The notes below the pieces were generated by a model. The model saw only the letters and a list, made by a program, of their open reading frames with translations, did not search any database and was not told the DNA's origin. The translations under genes were made by a program, and so were the position numbers. A stretch of DNA of 64,000 nt from Salisapilia sapeloensis CBS 127946 (lineage: Eukaryota; Protista; Oomycota): positions 83,609 through 147,608 of the forward strand of contig JAADVB010000011.1 in assembly GCA_023334545.1 (NCBI GenBank). Direction: 5' to 3'. This document shows, one piece after another, positions 10,919 to 23,274 of this stretch; the first letter of the stretch is position 1; the number at the start of each line of letters is the position of its first letter.

Positions 10919-12021
10919 ATCCGTTGCAGTACTAGTGTTGCTATTCTTACGTCACATGCATATACGGATTGTGCTATTAATCCTGATCCATTACATGGAG
11001 CAGCTATGATGATGCCACTGACAAGTCTCATTGCTCCTCGCATTTGAATGGTCGGAACAAGTGAGACCGTCGTGCCTTCGCAACATTCTCGGAACGCCGG
11101 ATACTTCGTAGAATCAGATCTCCATACCTACTCGGAAAGAGTGTCCATGTGATGCACTTGTATCTTCCATTGTTGACTGTTCTGCATGATGTGAACGTGC
11201 CTTATAAACACCTTTCTTTACAGGAGGTATCCTGGAAGAGGTGGACGTTGAAGCATTTGATCTAGATACGTATGCTAGACACGAACTAGCATCCGAGTAT
11301 CGAATTTGTTTTCTATAAATCTCTTCCGATGTTTATCCCTGCGAAAGCAAAATAGCTCTTATTGCTATAGCAATTACATCCCTACAGGCAGTACACCTTT
11401 CCCATTCATGCAGCTCTTGGTAGCATCTGCAGATGGTTGAAGCTTAAAAGCGGTCGTTGATTTATCTGTAGCATAGCCTTAGTAAACACTTCTTAATTGC
11501 CAAGAAAACAAATATAAAATCGAAAGCTGCATTAATTACGGGTTATATGAGAGTAGATTTTCTGCTGTAGTGCTTATTGGATATGCTTTTCGACATTGTA
11601 AATGTATTAAAGCTTCTTAAAGGATGAATATGTATCTGTTTGTCATGTTGGTGCCCTCCTATCAAGTCTACCTGGCGGTAATCGAAACGCCTTCAAAATA
11701 TGGCAAACGATATGTTCAGAGCCCTTTGAGTTTTGAAAGTCATTACAAGTGCTTGCAATTAGGCTTGGCTGCCGATAGAAATGGATGACCAAGACCAGGT
11801 CGGTTTGACTTGTTAGAGATCTTGTCGTGTGGAAAGAGCTCTGCTGAATTACAGCACAGAGTTTCCATGCCGATCATGTATTCCTGCGTACACCGTGGTT
11901 TAAACGTATACGATTTGGCTGATAAACTCTTCGTTTAATGACATTGCTCGATGTCATAAGTGTAGCCGAACTCGACAAGTCACCAGTCGAGCAACACTAT
12001 GATCGGATAATAAACTTCTTG

Positions 12022-15000
12022 TTAACGAGAAGAACCCTGAGATTTCGATACAAGAGAGTAAAAGATGGCAGGCACATTGTTGGGGTCTTTTGAACTTTCA
12101 GAAGGATCATCGGAGTATAGTGATTCTCCGTTTCGCACTTCGCCAACTTTTAAAATTGGTCCATCACGTTGCTGAGCAGATTTTACATTATTCTCTTGCT
12201 TCGCTTTATGATACTCCTTTAGCCTTTGTCCCAACTTTCCAGTCGTTCTTGCGAATTGTCTGTCTTGGGATTCTTCCTGTCTCTCCACGGACTCATGATT
12301 AGTCTCCCCCTTTGAAACACCATTATTTCTTTCCATGCGCTGGAAAAACATTTCTAAAAGTTCAGCTTTCTCTTGTTCCACTAACGTTCGACCACTTCCA
12401 GGACGGGCGTTTCCATACACTCGATCGTCTACATGAGCAGGCTTTTGAGGTATTTGATGCATCCTGCTCTTATTTTTTTGTTCAGTTTCCTGTTTAATAA
12501 GACCGCTTTCATTGCGTAGCCTTGCCTCTGCGCTCAACAGCAGACGAGTTGTACCGACCTCACCAGGCCCGACGAAAAACGGTGGACACTCTGGCGGGAC
12601 GAGAACATCATTATTGTTGCCCAGCTCATTCGTATGCCGAATAATTTCAGGATCAAACTCCCACTTTGCACTATTTTCGGTTGCCTCCGTGTGACGTCGA
12701 TGGCTCAAAGGATGCTTTAGACACTTTCGTTCATATGCGTTGATATTTACAAATGGCGATGTTTTTAGAGTGCTCCTTCGAATACTCTTACGACTAACCT
12801 CTGCCCCGAGTTGGTTCATCGACCCATGCTCCATCTCAGTCTCGTCTAATTTCTGTGGTAACTTCATCTCCTTTGCTAGGTCTGGGAGTAATATGCGCGA
12901 CGCTTCATTGATCTGCCTTAACAAATTTCCTGGCTTTGCTGATGCAGACATATTCATCGGTAAGTTCAAGGCTGCGACTCGAGTCCTGTCCATTGCTGGG
13001 CTTCGCTGTGGTGCAAGAGTCTGTGATTCTACAGAAATCATGTCGACCGTTGCCTGAATTGCTTTCGTTTCTCGCAAAGACACCATAAGTTCACGATACT
13101 CTACTTCTTTTCGTACGTGAGACAGCAAGTCCTCTTGTGTCATCTGCTGAAGGTCAAACTGCTTCCGTGCATAACGCAAAGTGAGCTCAAGCTCAAAGTT
13201 TTGTCGCATCTCAGCTTCTATCTGTTGTCGAGCAGTATTTAAATCTCGTTCTAGTGCAAGACAGCGATTACGAGCAGTTGCGACAGTGAAGTGCATGTTT
13301 TCATTGTCTGCATTAAGCATTCCGTTGTAGTCCTGCAACTGCTTCATCATTCTACTACTTTCATCATTTCGGTCTTCTAGCAATAGTATTTTGTCACGCT
13401 GTTCACATAAAAGACCTTCCAAGCCTTCTATGTGTTCTCTCTGAGCAACCATATCTTTGTCTAGCTGAATAACTTTCTTCTCCAGTTTTGTTTTCCTGAA
13501 GCGACTTAAGAAAGCGACCTCGGAGGAATTTCGTCGTCTTAAGGTACCCACTGCACGTCCATCGAGATCATTTTCATCATCAAGAGTAGTCGTTCCATCA
13601 GCATCTTTATCTTCTTCACACTTCAAATTTAAATTGCGCCGACTAACTAGCATTTCATTTGGACATTCTTCATCACTAAATGCGTTTGTAAGCTTGTTTG
13701 CTTGCAGCAACTTTCGTTGGCTACGTTGTCTATCTATTAAATCTTCAGACTGTTCACAATTTGCAATATCCTCCGTGTCCACCTCGTCTTCATCGCCTTG
13801 AAGATCTTCTTCGACAACCTCTCGTCGATCTTCTTCATCGAGTAGTTCATTTACATCCAACACAGGGCTAAACGAATCTCCCATCATCTGCAAGAGTTCT
13901 CGAAGTGCTTCATCTAGTGGAAATTCGTCTTGCTTAACCAAAGCCAGCACTTGCTGCGTGGATTCGGCAAATTGGCGAATGGATGCTTGTGCGTATTCCT
14001 GCTGATCCTCAGCAAACTTCTTCTCACGCTGTGCAGACTGATAAGCGTCTTCCAAACGGTTCAACTCTAGATTTTTCTGCTCTATATTAGCCTGTAGCTT
14101 CGCTATCTTCGCTTGCTCAGCTCCAACCTGCTTCCGAAGCTGAGCTGCCAGCTCCGAATTACCAGCGCTTGCCGCACTCGCTTCACGAACCTGGGCCAAT
14201 TTCGTACTAATCTGTACGCCAAGTTCCGCAACCTGCTCCTTTGTTGACTCATCTAATTCCTTATAGCGTTTCCGCATAGTCGACAGATTCTTAGTTGCTT
14301 TGCTGCAAGCTTTCTCTAGCTCTGCAACTTGATTATGCAGTTGCTCATTAACAACTTTGGCATTCGTGAATGCTTGCTGACTAGCCGCGAAAACACGTTT
14401 AGAGTGTTGATACTCCGCATCAAGTGTTTCGAGGGACTGCTTTAAGGATTTAATTTGTTGTTGATCTTTCTCCCGTTGTGAGCGCATCGATTCCAACTGT
14501 GTCTCCAAATTCAACTTTTCTGCAATTAATCGTTCGATGCGCTGTTTAGCTTCGTCATCAGCATTTTGAAATGCCTTCTTCTCCGATTCCCAAAGCTCTC
14601 CTTTTTCTACTAGTGAGCGAGCGTACAAAGTTGATTCCTCCAATTGTTTCTGCAGATGGACAAGTGACAATGCTTGATGTGCATTTTTCTCTCTTTCAGC
14701 ATTATTTTGGGCTTTCAGCAGGCGCATTTGGTCCTCCATTTGAGCTTGTTTTTCGTTCATTGTCTCTAGGACTCTTTCAATTTCTTTCTTCTCACTTACT
14801 GCTCGGTGATGTTGGTGCTGGAACTGTAGTATCTCGTCATTAATAACAGACTTTTCACTTTCCAACTTGGTCTTGTCCATCGTCAATTTGACAGCATTCT
14901 GCTTTAAGCTCTCATTCGCTTTACGGAGTGCCTGGTTCGTGAACATAGCTTCGTGAACTCGTCGTTTTGAAATAGCTTTTTCCTTTGTTGCCTCACTAAG

Positions 15001-16364
15001 AGCATCTTCCAGATTCTGTACCTTTTGTTGCAAATCCTGCGATCTCGTCAAAGCACTTACTCTCTCAAAATTAGCTATTTCAGCGTGCTTTCTAGCTTCA
15101 TCTACTGCATGATTTAATTTTCGGCCTTTATCTTCATGTGCCAACACTTCCAAGCCCAAAAGACGAATATCTTCATTCTGTCGCTCAATCTCGTGCTGCT
15201 GTTCCGTCAGCTTTGTATTCATGGCAATGGCATCTGCAGACAGAGAGGAAATCGTGGCAGTCTTCGATGCATTATCTGCTTTTACGTCTTTTAATTCATT
15301 CTCAGTATCATTTAGCCGTCCTTCCAGCATTTTCTTCAATGCTTCGAAGTCATTTCGATTTTGACGCAGCCACTCATTCGTCATCCTTTTTATCTTTTGC
15401 AACGCTATCTCGTAATGCTTTCCGCCACAACTTTCCAATAAGAAAGCAAAAGCTGCCCATACATTCGTCGCTACGTGGTCTTGAGCTAATGGCGGGCATT
15501 GTGCAGCTACTTCCTTTAAAATTGTATGGAAGCCGCTCGTGTATACGTACAATGCACGATAAAGCCGATCGACTACAACTCGAGGTAGACCCAATTGATA
15601 TAGGGATGCTCTATCGATACCTGCCTTGGATAATGGACTTGTTGAAGTATAGCTCGTACCTTGTGATCCATATATTTCCGTTTGCACCAGTGCGTCATCA
15701 CTTAAGATACCCATCGCATTGTTCGTTTTCTCCAGCAGGGTCTGGATATCGGAAGCGGGAAGTAGATATGAAGTACTGTTCGCCAGATGCATGTTTATCC
15801 ATTCTTCAGCAATCAGTGAATCGCGGTGCGAGTTATCAAGAAACTCAAAATTCATTTCAATCGCACGAACCTCATTTCGATTTACTGTGCAAGTAGGACC
15901 TTCCATGGTACTTTTGATTCGATTCAAGTCAGTAGACTGTTCGTCTTTAGAGCTAGAGACAGCTTTGGATGATTGCTGCTTTCGATTACCAGCAATTGCG
16001 TATAAGGATTGGCGATTTATTCGAGTGATCTCACCTTCCGCAGGTGGAATTTGCGAAGTTAATCGAGCACTCATAGAAGGTAAGGAGTCGTAAGGATCTA
16101 TACGGTATCAACATTAAATTAGGATGCAGTTCCTGCAGCATATGAATGTATTCTTCCAGTATACTGACCGATGTTGAGATCAGCTTCGATAGCTTTAATC
16201 AACGCCTGCTTTGCATCTTCCGCATAGCCCATTTCTTGGGTATCTTTGAGTGGCGAGTCTATCCTTGATCCGTTGTCCACGTTATCCGAAGTTTCAAGTG
16301 TAGGCACCACGACAGGATCTTCGATTGCTCCATCCACTTGAGAATGGCTATCCATTTCCTCCAT
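12022..16364 (-). CDS. Large hypothetical coiled-coil protein (about 1420 aa), one intron near 16.10-16.17 kb
   Basis: The 1350-aa ORF joins an upstream exon (MEEMDSHSQ...DLNI|DPYDSLPSMSAR) through a GT-AG intron. A helical N-terminal region (LYRALYVYTSGFHTIL) precedes long heptad coils. Confidence 0.75.
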
Positions 16365-16431
16365 TTCGACACAAAACCACCTCGAGTCGAAAGGCTCGAC
16401 GAAATTATATATTTAGAACACGAAGCACTTA

Positions 16432-19400
16432 TCATTTAAACGCCAGAACGTGTTTGACGGAAGTTTTACTAGAATTTCGAGCTTCCGTTGTCCGATTGGC
16501 ATGGCCTCTGCTTGGAACAGGTGATCGCATTAATTTACTTTTTCTTTCGCCTCTCAACCGAGTGGATACTTTCGTTGCCGTCATGGACGGCCTCGTAGCT
16601 TGGGTAACATTGGATACATGTGAACGTTGTGAAGCTGTCGCACTTTTCTGGCGAGCAGTCCTCCGAGTATGACTTGCTTCTTCCGAATCTGTCGTATTCG
16701 ATGTATTATCATCGTTGTAATTGCCTGCTCTATTGACACGAGAGCTCAGTCGTGTCGTGGAAGGCGCAGTAAGCTTTTGACTAGACTTCATTGTACGATT
16801 TCCATTCACTTTTGCTTCGACGCTTACTCGTGGATTCGTGCGATGACGAGACGTAAGTGAATTACGACTAGACAAACCTAATTGTCTTGGAGAGCTTCGA
16901 CTTCGTGGAGGGCTTTGCTTAGGACTTGATACGCCCGATTTCCTCTCATTGCGAATTGACTTTTTGGTTCTAACATCAATGCAACGATTCACGTCGGCTA
17001 ATAAAGACTGCACAGTGGGTTGTGAAGTACTCGTTTCCGCGTCAGTAACTGGTTTGACTGCCTTGTCGGCATTCCTTTTTTCCGTATTTGATAACTTATC
17101 AACATCACAGTGTCTGTGGGTAGTGTAAGCTTCTCCTTTCCAATCACGACTACAGTCAGCATCCGATTCGAGCTGTTGCGTCAGCTGGAATATGCGATGG
17201 TTCTTCTCTTGCACAATCCGCTGCAATTCGTTGCTCCGGACACACTCTTCTTTCCATTTGTCCGTCATCGCGATCTGTTCTCGACGTAATTCTTCCTTTT
17301 CAGACTCGTATGTAAGCTGTTGCTCCGCAATAGCGTCGCAAGTGTTTCGAACGTTGTTTTCATACTCCTGTAGCTGCTCAGTCAACTCATCTCGATCCGA
17401 CTGTTCTTTCGAAAGCTCAGATTGCAGCTCTTCCACCTTTTGTTCCAGCTCTGCTACCGTCTCTCGAGCATTTGTCACCTCTTCTTTGCATCTTTCCGAT
17501 GTTTCCTCCATCTCTTCACGAGCCGTTCTAGACTCATTACGTTCAACTTCAACTTCCTCGTCTAGTTCTTTAATATGCTCACTCAAGTCATCCACTTGCT
17601 CACATAGGACACGGTTTTCTTTCTCCCATTCCGTGTTTTCTTCCTTGACTTTGGCATACTTTTCTTCCAGCTCTGACATACTCATTTGCTTAACATGTCG
17701 CTCTTCTTCTAGTTCCTGTTGCATCTGGTCCAAGGCTTCCTCAAGCGTCCCACATCGTTCTTCACTCTTCATCAGTTGTTGCTGGCACTCGCCCAATTGT
17801 GTCTTTAGGTCGTCAAGTTGATCTGTCAAGGTGCTGACGTCCTGCACAAGTGTTTGACACTCTTCACTGGTGTGTAAAAGGTCTCGTTCCAAATGGCGTT
17901 TACTACCTGCCGCCGTACTCGCCTGCTCTTTTAAGCACAAATTCTGCCGTCGTAATCGCGACAGGTATTGAGTATGCATACCACGCCATCCTCGGGCAAG
18001 CAACGTTTTCTCCATCATCGTCGATAAAATTTTCCCATGACGCTTCGAACAGCGTCGCTGACGTGCGACTAGATGCCATGCTTGAAGTACTTGAGCACCA
18101 CTTCTTCTTCCACAACGAATCCTCAAGTACTCTGCTAATCGACGCTGTTGTCGATGTGTTCGAGCAATCGCTGCCTTGTCTTTTAATGCATGAAAGCAGA
18201 CTTGTAAGACACCAAACTTTTGTTGCCGTCGACATGCTTTGTGATGATTCGTATGTTGCTTCCATCTCCGCCACTGCTGTCGTATTAAGTGCATGTAATA
18301 GTGCTTTAACGCTTTACTGCATCCCTGTACATGCTTTCTCTTGGCACTAGTATAAAAGGACCAGTAGAACCACAACTTTCGTAGTCGCCGACGATGGACG
18401 TACCTCTCAGCTAAACATAAAGAGCGTCTAGATGCAATAACATCCTGAATACTCGTTCTCCATACACTAAAAGCTTTCTTTAGTTGACACTTGGACTGTA
18501 CGAGTGCACTCGTGTGTTCACAATGCACAACCTGAACATACGTTTGCCATGCTTTCCAAAAACGACGTATTCGAAACGTTCGTTGAAAGCGTTTAATGTC
18601 CTTCTGACGTTTCCATCCTATGAACACTTGCCACATCCATCGATCTACTAGCTTTTTGCGAAACGCATTCACTTCCACACTCAACGGTCGAGCGTAGGCA
18701 AGGACATGCATCCTCCAACGACAAAAGACGAGATCGAGTAGACGACGCCCATACTCTGCTAATCTTTGCTTGTGAAAGAAGGATAATTGTCTCGACACAT
18801 GCGTATGCTGTATCCACGCGCGAAAGCATCGATCGCGCATACGTGTAGGCCCGACCACTTGCCGCCATTCGATCTGGTCGTGGATACGATGGCGATCGTC
18901 CTTGTACTGCTTCCAAGCTAACAAAACTCGTTGAACGCATTCAGTCCGTCGGATCGATTGCGCGTGGAGTGCTATAATGGTAATGCGAGCCATGTTTGTC
19001 CACTCGGTAAAATGAGCCGTGATCACTTTTCTCAAGTGGCGAGCATGTAGGCGCCGCAACTGATCTTGTACCCACACTTTCCGTCGCCATCGCCAGAAAA
19101 TATCATACTGAAGTACAAAATGTCGTTTTCGATGAATGTGATGCACTTGCCGACACCAAAGTGCATATCGAATCCATCGAATAAAAAACTTGCGTTGGAT
19201 GATGGGTCCAGACATCTCGTGTATGCGTCGTTCAAACTCTTCTTTTGCTTCATCGTCGTGCGTGTTTTCCAGCGATAGCATCCGATCACGTCTCTCTAAT
19301 TTCCTCGTTAATAAATTAATTTGATTCCGCAAGTCTAATTCTCGTTGTTCAGATGCGATGAGAGCACTCAAATATTTTTCTTCTCTTTCTTCCCTCAAAT

Positions 19401-21426
19401 TATCACTGCCATCTCTTTGTCCGTCTTCATAACGGTGTAGAGGTACAGCCATGTCCTCTGGGGAATCAGGGGACTCCGAAGCATCCAACTGAGATGACTT
19501 TGCAGTGGTCTCGTAAACGTTATCATGAGCATTACGATCATCTGCTTCATTTTTACCGTGCTTTCTCATCAATAGCATTGCATGATCCTCTTGCTTCTGG
19601 TGTTGCGAGAGATAGCTGTTGCTAGTACCGGTTTTACTTTGTATATGCGCATTTCTCTCTCGTTCTAATATCGCCTGAAAAGAATTTTTTGCTCGTTTTT
19701 CAGCTAGCAATTTGGACATGGAGTTTTGCTTTGGTAGACTAAGACCATCATCATGAGCTACCTTGTCCTTAGTTGTACTCTGTATATTACACGATGCCTG
19801 TTCTTTTGGTTTAATGTCTAACTCTTTCGAAGATAATTTGCCAGGACTTTTTGGTGCTGGTGTCACAGATAGCTCTCGCTGCGGATCTTTTGATCGTTGC
19901 ATCCCATATGAACGCACCCTACCTGTTGTCGTCTTCACTTTACTACTTGGCGTATGTGCTTTCGGTGGTATGTGCGTAAACAATTCATTGCCATGACTTT
20001 CCAACGTCCGCATCGGGTCAAAGTTCAGTGTCTCTAATATGTCCATCATCTCTGCTTGATCCAAGTCATTCCACTCTTCTTTCTCCACATCCTCATGCGT
20101 CTCTCTTTCATGACAAGTACTGCCGACGGGAGATGTAGGCCTACTGACTTCCTTTTTACGTACCGCTTGCTCTGTTTCAGGATCTGTTTGTTCCGGTGGA
20201 AGACTAGCGTTCTGTACTTGAGCAAAACCTGATGAAGCGCGTAAAGCTGATGCATTGGGATGGAAGTCTAGCTTCCAACACTCTTTCGCCATGGCTTCTA
20301 ATAGCGGTTTTCGTTCTGGATATCGCCCGCAACGTTTACCTGGAATAAACCCGACTAAACGTCTTCGTTCGACTAACTCCATCGTCAACACTTTCCTCAA
20401 CGCATGCACACCGTCCTTTAGATGTTTATCACACTCTCCTCGTAGCGATACAATCGTCTGTTGTTGTAGAGCAATGACATTTGCATACGCTTCCTCCCAC
20501 GCATTCCATTCTTCCTTTACATCATGTGGTACATCACGACGTTGCATGCTTTTCGTATTCGCTGCTCCACCCATTTTTAAAAGTAGCTCTTTGGCACGTT
20601 CTCGAGGTTGATGCTTCATCTTCGCGCGTGTCCGGACGACAATTGCTGCCATCTGAAGCTTTAATTCCTCCAAAGAAGACAAGGATAGATTCGAGCCAAG
20701 TTGCCACACTTGTAGTACTTTTGATACGTTTATCGCCATGACATCCGGTGTCGGGACCTTGTCGAACTGGCCAGGAAAGAAACCAGCTAAGACTAACGTG
20801 TTAAACTCACGGTGGAGCTTGAGCAAAGAGCCTATTCGACGCAAAGCCATAATCGTCAAGTGGTTAGCCACTAGCATATCTCTCCTCGCTCGATCTTGTG
20901 ACGCAATGGAGGCACTGAGTGCTTTGTCATTCGCACGAATATCCTTGTTATCTAGTACCTGCAAGCTGGGGATAAGATCGATGAGTCGAAAACGATAATT
21001 GGGTTGATTCGAGACCGGGTTTCCTGTCAGATTTAAATGTCGAAGACGTGGTAACTGAGATAGATACGCGAGTGCATCGAAACTCGCGATTCGGTTATTT
21101 CCGAGTGAAAGGAGACGTAAATGGGGAAACTGATGAATTCCTTCAAGGCTTTCAAACTCATTCTGACTTAAATACAGTGCCTGAACTGCAGATGCGACGG
21201 ATTGCGGGACGGGTCCGAGTACTTTTAACTTCTTTCCAACAGCGTTTAGTTTGGAGCCATCTGCCCAACGAGCTTTCTTGCTTTCAAGTGCTTCTGAAAG
21301 ACTTTCTGGTGGCAATGACGCAGTCGTACGATTGCTAGTCGCTTTTTTCTCTTGTGCTTTTAAAGGTGCAGATGGTCGACTATACGATCCTTTCCAACGT
21401 GATCCCTTTGCACCATTTGGACGCAT
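16432..21426 (-). CDS. Leucine-rich-repeat + Sfi1-like (centrin-binding) repeat + coiled-coil protein, intronless, 1664 aa
   Basis: LRRs LYLSQNEFESL, LSLGNNRIASF and LNLTGNPV are followed by an LRRcap (NYRFRLIDLIPSLQVLD). About 14 [F/L/W]xxW repeats lie at about 17975-19210, then an acidic coil and an S/R-rich tail. Confidence 0.8.
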   Translation of the reverse strand: MRPNGAKGSRWKGSYSRPSAPLKAQEKKATSNRTTASLPPESLSEALESKKARWADGSKLNAVGKKLKVLGPVPQSVASAVQALYLSQNEFESLEGIHQFPHLRLLSLGNNRIASFDALAYLSQLPRLRHLNLTGNPVSNQPNYRFRLIDLIPSLQVLDNKDIRANDKALSASIASQDRARRDMLVANHLTIMALRRIGSLLKLHREFNTLVLAGFFPGQFDKVPTPDVMAINVSKVLQVWQLGSNLSLSSLEELKLQMAAIVVRTRAKMKHQPRERAKELLLKMGGAANTKSMQRRDVPHDVKEEWNAWEEAYANVIALQQQTIVSLRGECDKHLKDGVHALRKVLTMELVERRRLVGFIPGKRCGRYPERKPLLEAMAKECWKLDFHPNASALRASSGFAQVQNASLPPEQTDPETEQAVRKKEVSRPTSPVGSTCHERETHEDVEKEEWNDLDQAEMMDILETLNFDPMRTLESHGNELFTHIPPKAHTPSSKVKTTTGRVRSYGMQRSKDPQRELSVTPAPKSPGKLSSKELDIKPKEQASCNIQSTTKDKVAHDDGLSLPKQNSMSKLLAEKRAKNSFQAILERERNAHIQSKTGTSNSYLSQHQKQEDHAMLLMRKHGKNEADDRNAHDNVYETTAKSSQLDASESPDSPEDMAVPLHRYEDGQRDGSDNLREEREEKYLSALIASEQRELDLRNQINLLTRKLERRDRMLSLENTHDDEAKEEFERRIHEMSGPIIQRKFFIRWIRYALWCRQVHHIHRKRHFVLQYDIFWRWRRKVWVQDQLRRLHARHLRKVITAHFTEWTNMARITIIALHAQSIRRTECVQRVLLAWKQYKDDRHRIHDQIEWRQVVGPTRMRDRCFRAWIQHTHVSRQLSFFHKQRLAEYGRRLLDLVFCRWRMHVLAYARPLSVEVNAFRKKLVDRWMWQVFIGWKRQKDIKRFQRTFRIRRFWKAWQTYVQVVHCEHTSALVQSKCQLKKAFSVWRTSIQDVIASRRSLCLAERYVHRRRLRKLWFYWSFYTSAKRKHVQGCSKALKHYYMHLIRQQWRRWKQHTNHHKACRRQQKFGVLQVCFHALKDKAAIARTHRQQRRLAEYLRIRCGRRSGAQVLQAWHLVARQRRCSKRHGKILSTMMEKTLLARGWRGMHTQYLSRLRRQNLCLKEQASTAAGSKRHLERDLLHTSEECQTLVQDVSTLTDQLDDLKTQLGECQQQLMKSEERCGTLEEALDQMQQELEEERHVKQMSMSELEEKYAKVKEENTEWEKENRVLCEQVDDLSEHIKELDEEVEVERNESRTAREEMEETSERCKEEVTNARETVAELEQKVEELQSELSKEQSDRDELTEQLQEYENNVRNTCDAIAEQQLTYESEKEELRREQIAMTDKWKEECVRSNELQRIVQEKNHRIFQLTQQLESDADCSRDWKGEAYTTHRHCDVDKLSNTEKRNADKAVKPVTDAETSTSQPTVQSLLADVNRCIDVRTKKSIRNERKSGVSSPKQSPPRSRSSPRQLGLSSRNSLTSRHRTNPRVSVEAKVNGNRTMKSSQKLTAPSTTRLSSRVNRAGNYNDDNTSNTTDSEEASHTRRTARQKSATASQRSHVSNVTQATRPSMTATKVSTRLRGERKSKLMRSPVPSRGHANRTTEARNSSKTSVKHVLAFK

Positions 21427-21620
21427 ACTATCAAACTAGAGACCACGATTGGCAAGACTGCCGTGGTATAGCCTTCACGACGAAATGATAGTGCGTTCTG
21501 TTGGAATGACTCGTTTGGCTAAACCAAGCGTCCTTCCAAGTACTTGTCATGCAGCGTGAAACGCCTCGCATAAAGTAACAACTTGGTACAATCTCATACT
21601 AGCGAATCATTCGTCCCACC

Positions 21621-21635
21621 TCATTCTAAAGTATC
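21621..21635 (+). promoter_or_regulatory. INR/FPR-like core promoter motif upstream of the CDK
   Basis: TCATTCTAAAGTATC resembles the oomycete INR+FPR consensus (TCATTYYNCAWTTT) and is 13/15 identical to the motif at 47711. Confidence 0.35.
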
Positions 21636-21784
21636 AATACTAGTTATGACACTCATGTACTCCCTGTGGTAGTCCAATCCAAATCTCCTTGTTGTCAAAT
21701 GGTACAGTGTACCGCATCCGTACCGCATAATTCGCGCCTTTTTCCATCTCATTTCGAAACGTAGTACGAAAGGCACGAGACGTT

Positions 21785-22892
21785 ATGGACAGGTACGAGC
21801 GGATTGAAAAAGGAGCGTCACTTGGCGAAGGCACGTATGGCGTCGTCTACAAGTGCCACGATCGAAAGACGAAAGAGATGGTGGCTTTGAAGCGCATTCG
21901 ACTCGAAACAGAGGACGATGGCGTGCCATCCACTGCACTTCGAGAGATTGCTGTACTTCGTGAACTTGAACATCCGAACATTGTCCAGTAAGATACAGTA
22001 TCATTGTAGTACATGACTATTTACTCATGCAATTGTTATAGGTTGAAAGACTGCATTCAGGAAGATAATAAGCTCTATCTGGTATTTGAAATTATGGAAA
22101 GAGACTTGAAAAAGTACATGGAGCGACACATTGGACAGCTTGATATGCCGACTGCAAAGGTATATAAGATTCATACGTCCACACAAATACGCTCCTTGCT
22201 TAATGAGACATTACCAGATCTTTTTGTATCAATTAATTAAAGGCGTGGCCTTTGCTCATGCTCGTGGTGTCATGCACCGGGATTTGAAGCCTCAAAACCT
22301 GCTCGTGAACGCTCAGAAGCAACTGAAGATTGCCGACTTTGGCCTCGCGAGGAATTATAGCTTACCTGCCGATGCATACACACACGAAGTAGTGACGCTA
22401 TGGTACCGTGCACCGGAAGTGCTACTTGGACAAGAAGTGTACACACCAGCCATGGACATTTGGTCCATCGGTGTCATCTTTGCAGAGATGCTGACGAAAA
22501 AAGCATTATTCCCAGGCGACTCGGAGATCGATCAACTCTATCGCATCTTTCGGTAAACTTTACTAGAGAAAGGATGATAGTGCTTTTATCAACGGACTCG
22601 ATAGGATGCTTGGTACACCTGAGGATGAAGTCTGGCCTGGCGTGACGAATCTAAAGGACTATGCAACGACGTTTCCCAAGTGGCGCAAACGTGACTTCTT
22701 TACTGCCTTCCCTCGTCTCGACCCGACTGGAATTGAACTGCTCGAGGTACTCACATTACGATGTATAAGTTGTTGTGTGAACTTATGGTTGACGTATAGG
22801 GCATGCTTCGGTACAATCCAGCAGAGAGAATTACTGCGAAGGAAGCTCTACGACATCCATTCTTTGAAGACTTGGATTCCGACTTTCTCTAA
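21785..22892 (+). CDS. CDK1: Cyclin-dependent kinase, CDK1/CDKA-like with PSTALRE motif; 4 introns (21988-22041, 22160-22217, 22553-22604, 22747-22799)
   Basis: [56 protein letters not shown] and [10 protein letters not shown] are all restored in frame by GT-AG introns. Confidence 0.92.
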
Positions 22893-23274
22893 GCTACTTT
22901 GAATCACGCTTTATTTCTGTCTTTGCTCTTGTATGTTGCTTTCAATGCCATCGAACTGGATTATATAGTACTTATATACTCAATTGCCTCTTTCTTACTT
23001 TCTTCATGTAGACGAATAGAAGATAAGGCAATGAGCCGATCGAGATCGTAGGTGACGTAAGATGGTTAGTTTAAACACCTATATAGCTATTCGACTGTAA
23101 ATCCATGTATTGACCATAAAAGGATTTGTATCGGCGAGGTAGGCATACATGAAGTCGCTATAAAGTAGCTCCTACTCTGTCTCATTTTCTTCGAGAAGGC
23201 GTAATCAACAAATATTCTAGAATCGGACCTGATTCCATGAAGAAAAGAAAACACAAAAAAACTTTAGGAGAGCG

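Noticed and set aside
10930-12010. About 1 kb without a long ORF in an otherwise compact region, with scattered splice-like signals
   Set aside because: Every attempted exon chain hit a stop codon, so neither a gene nor a mobile-element remnant can be supported.
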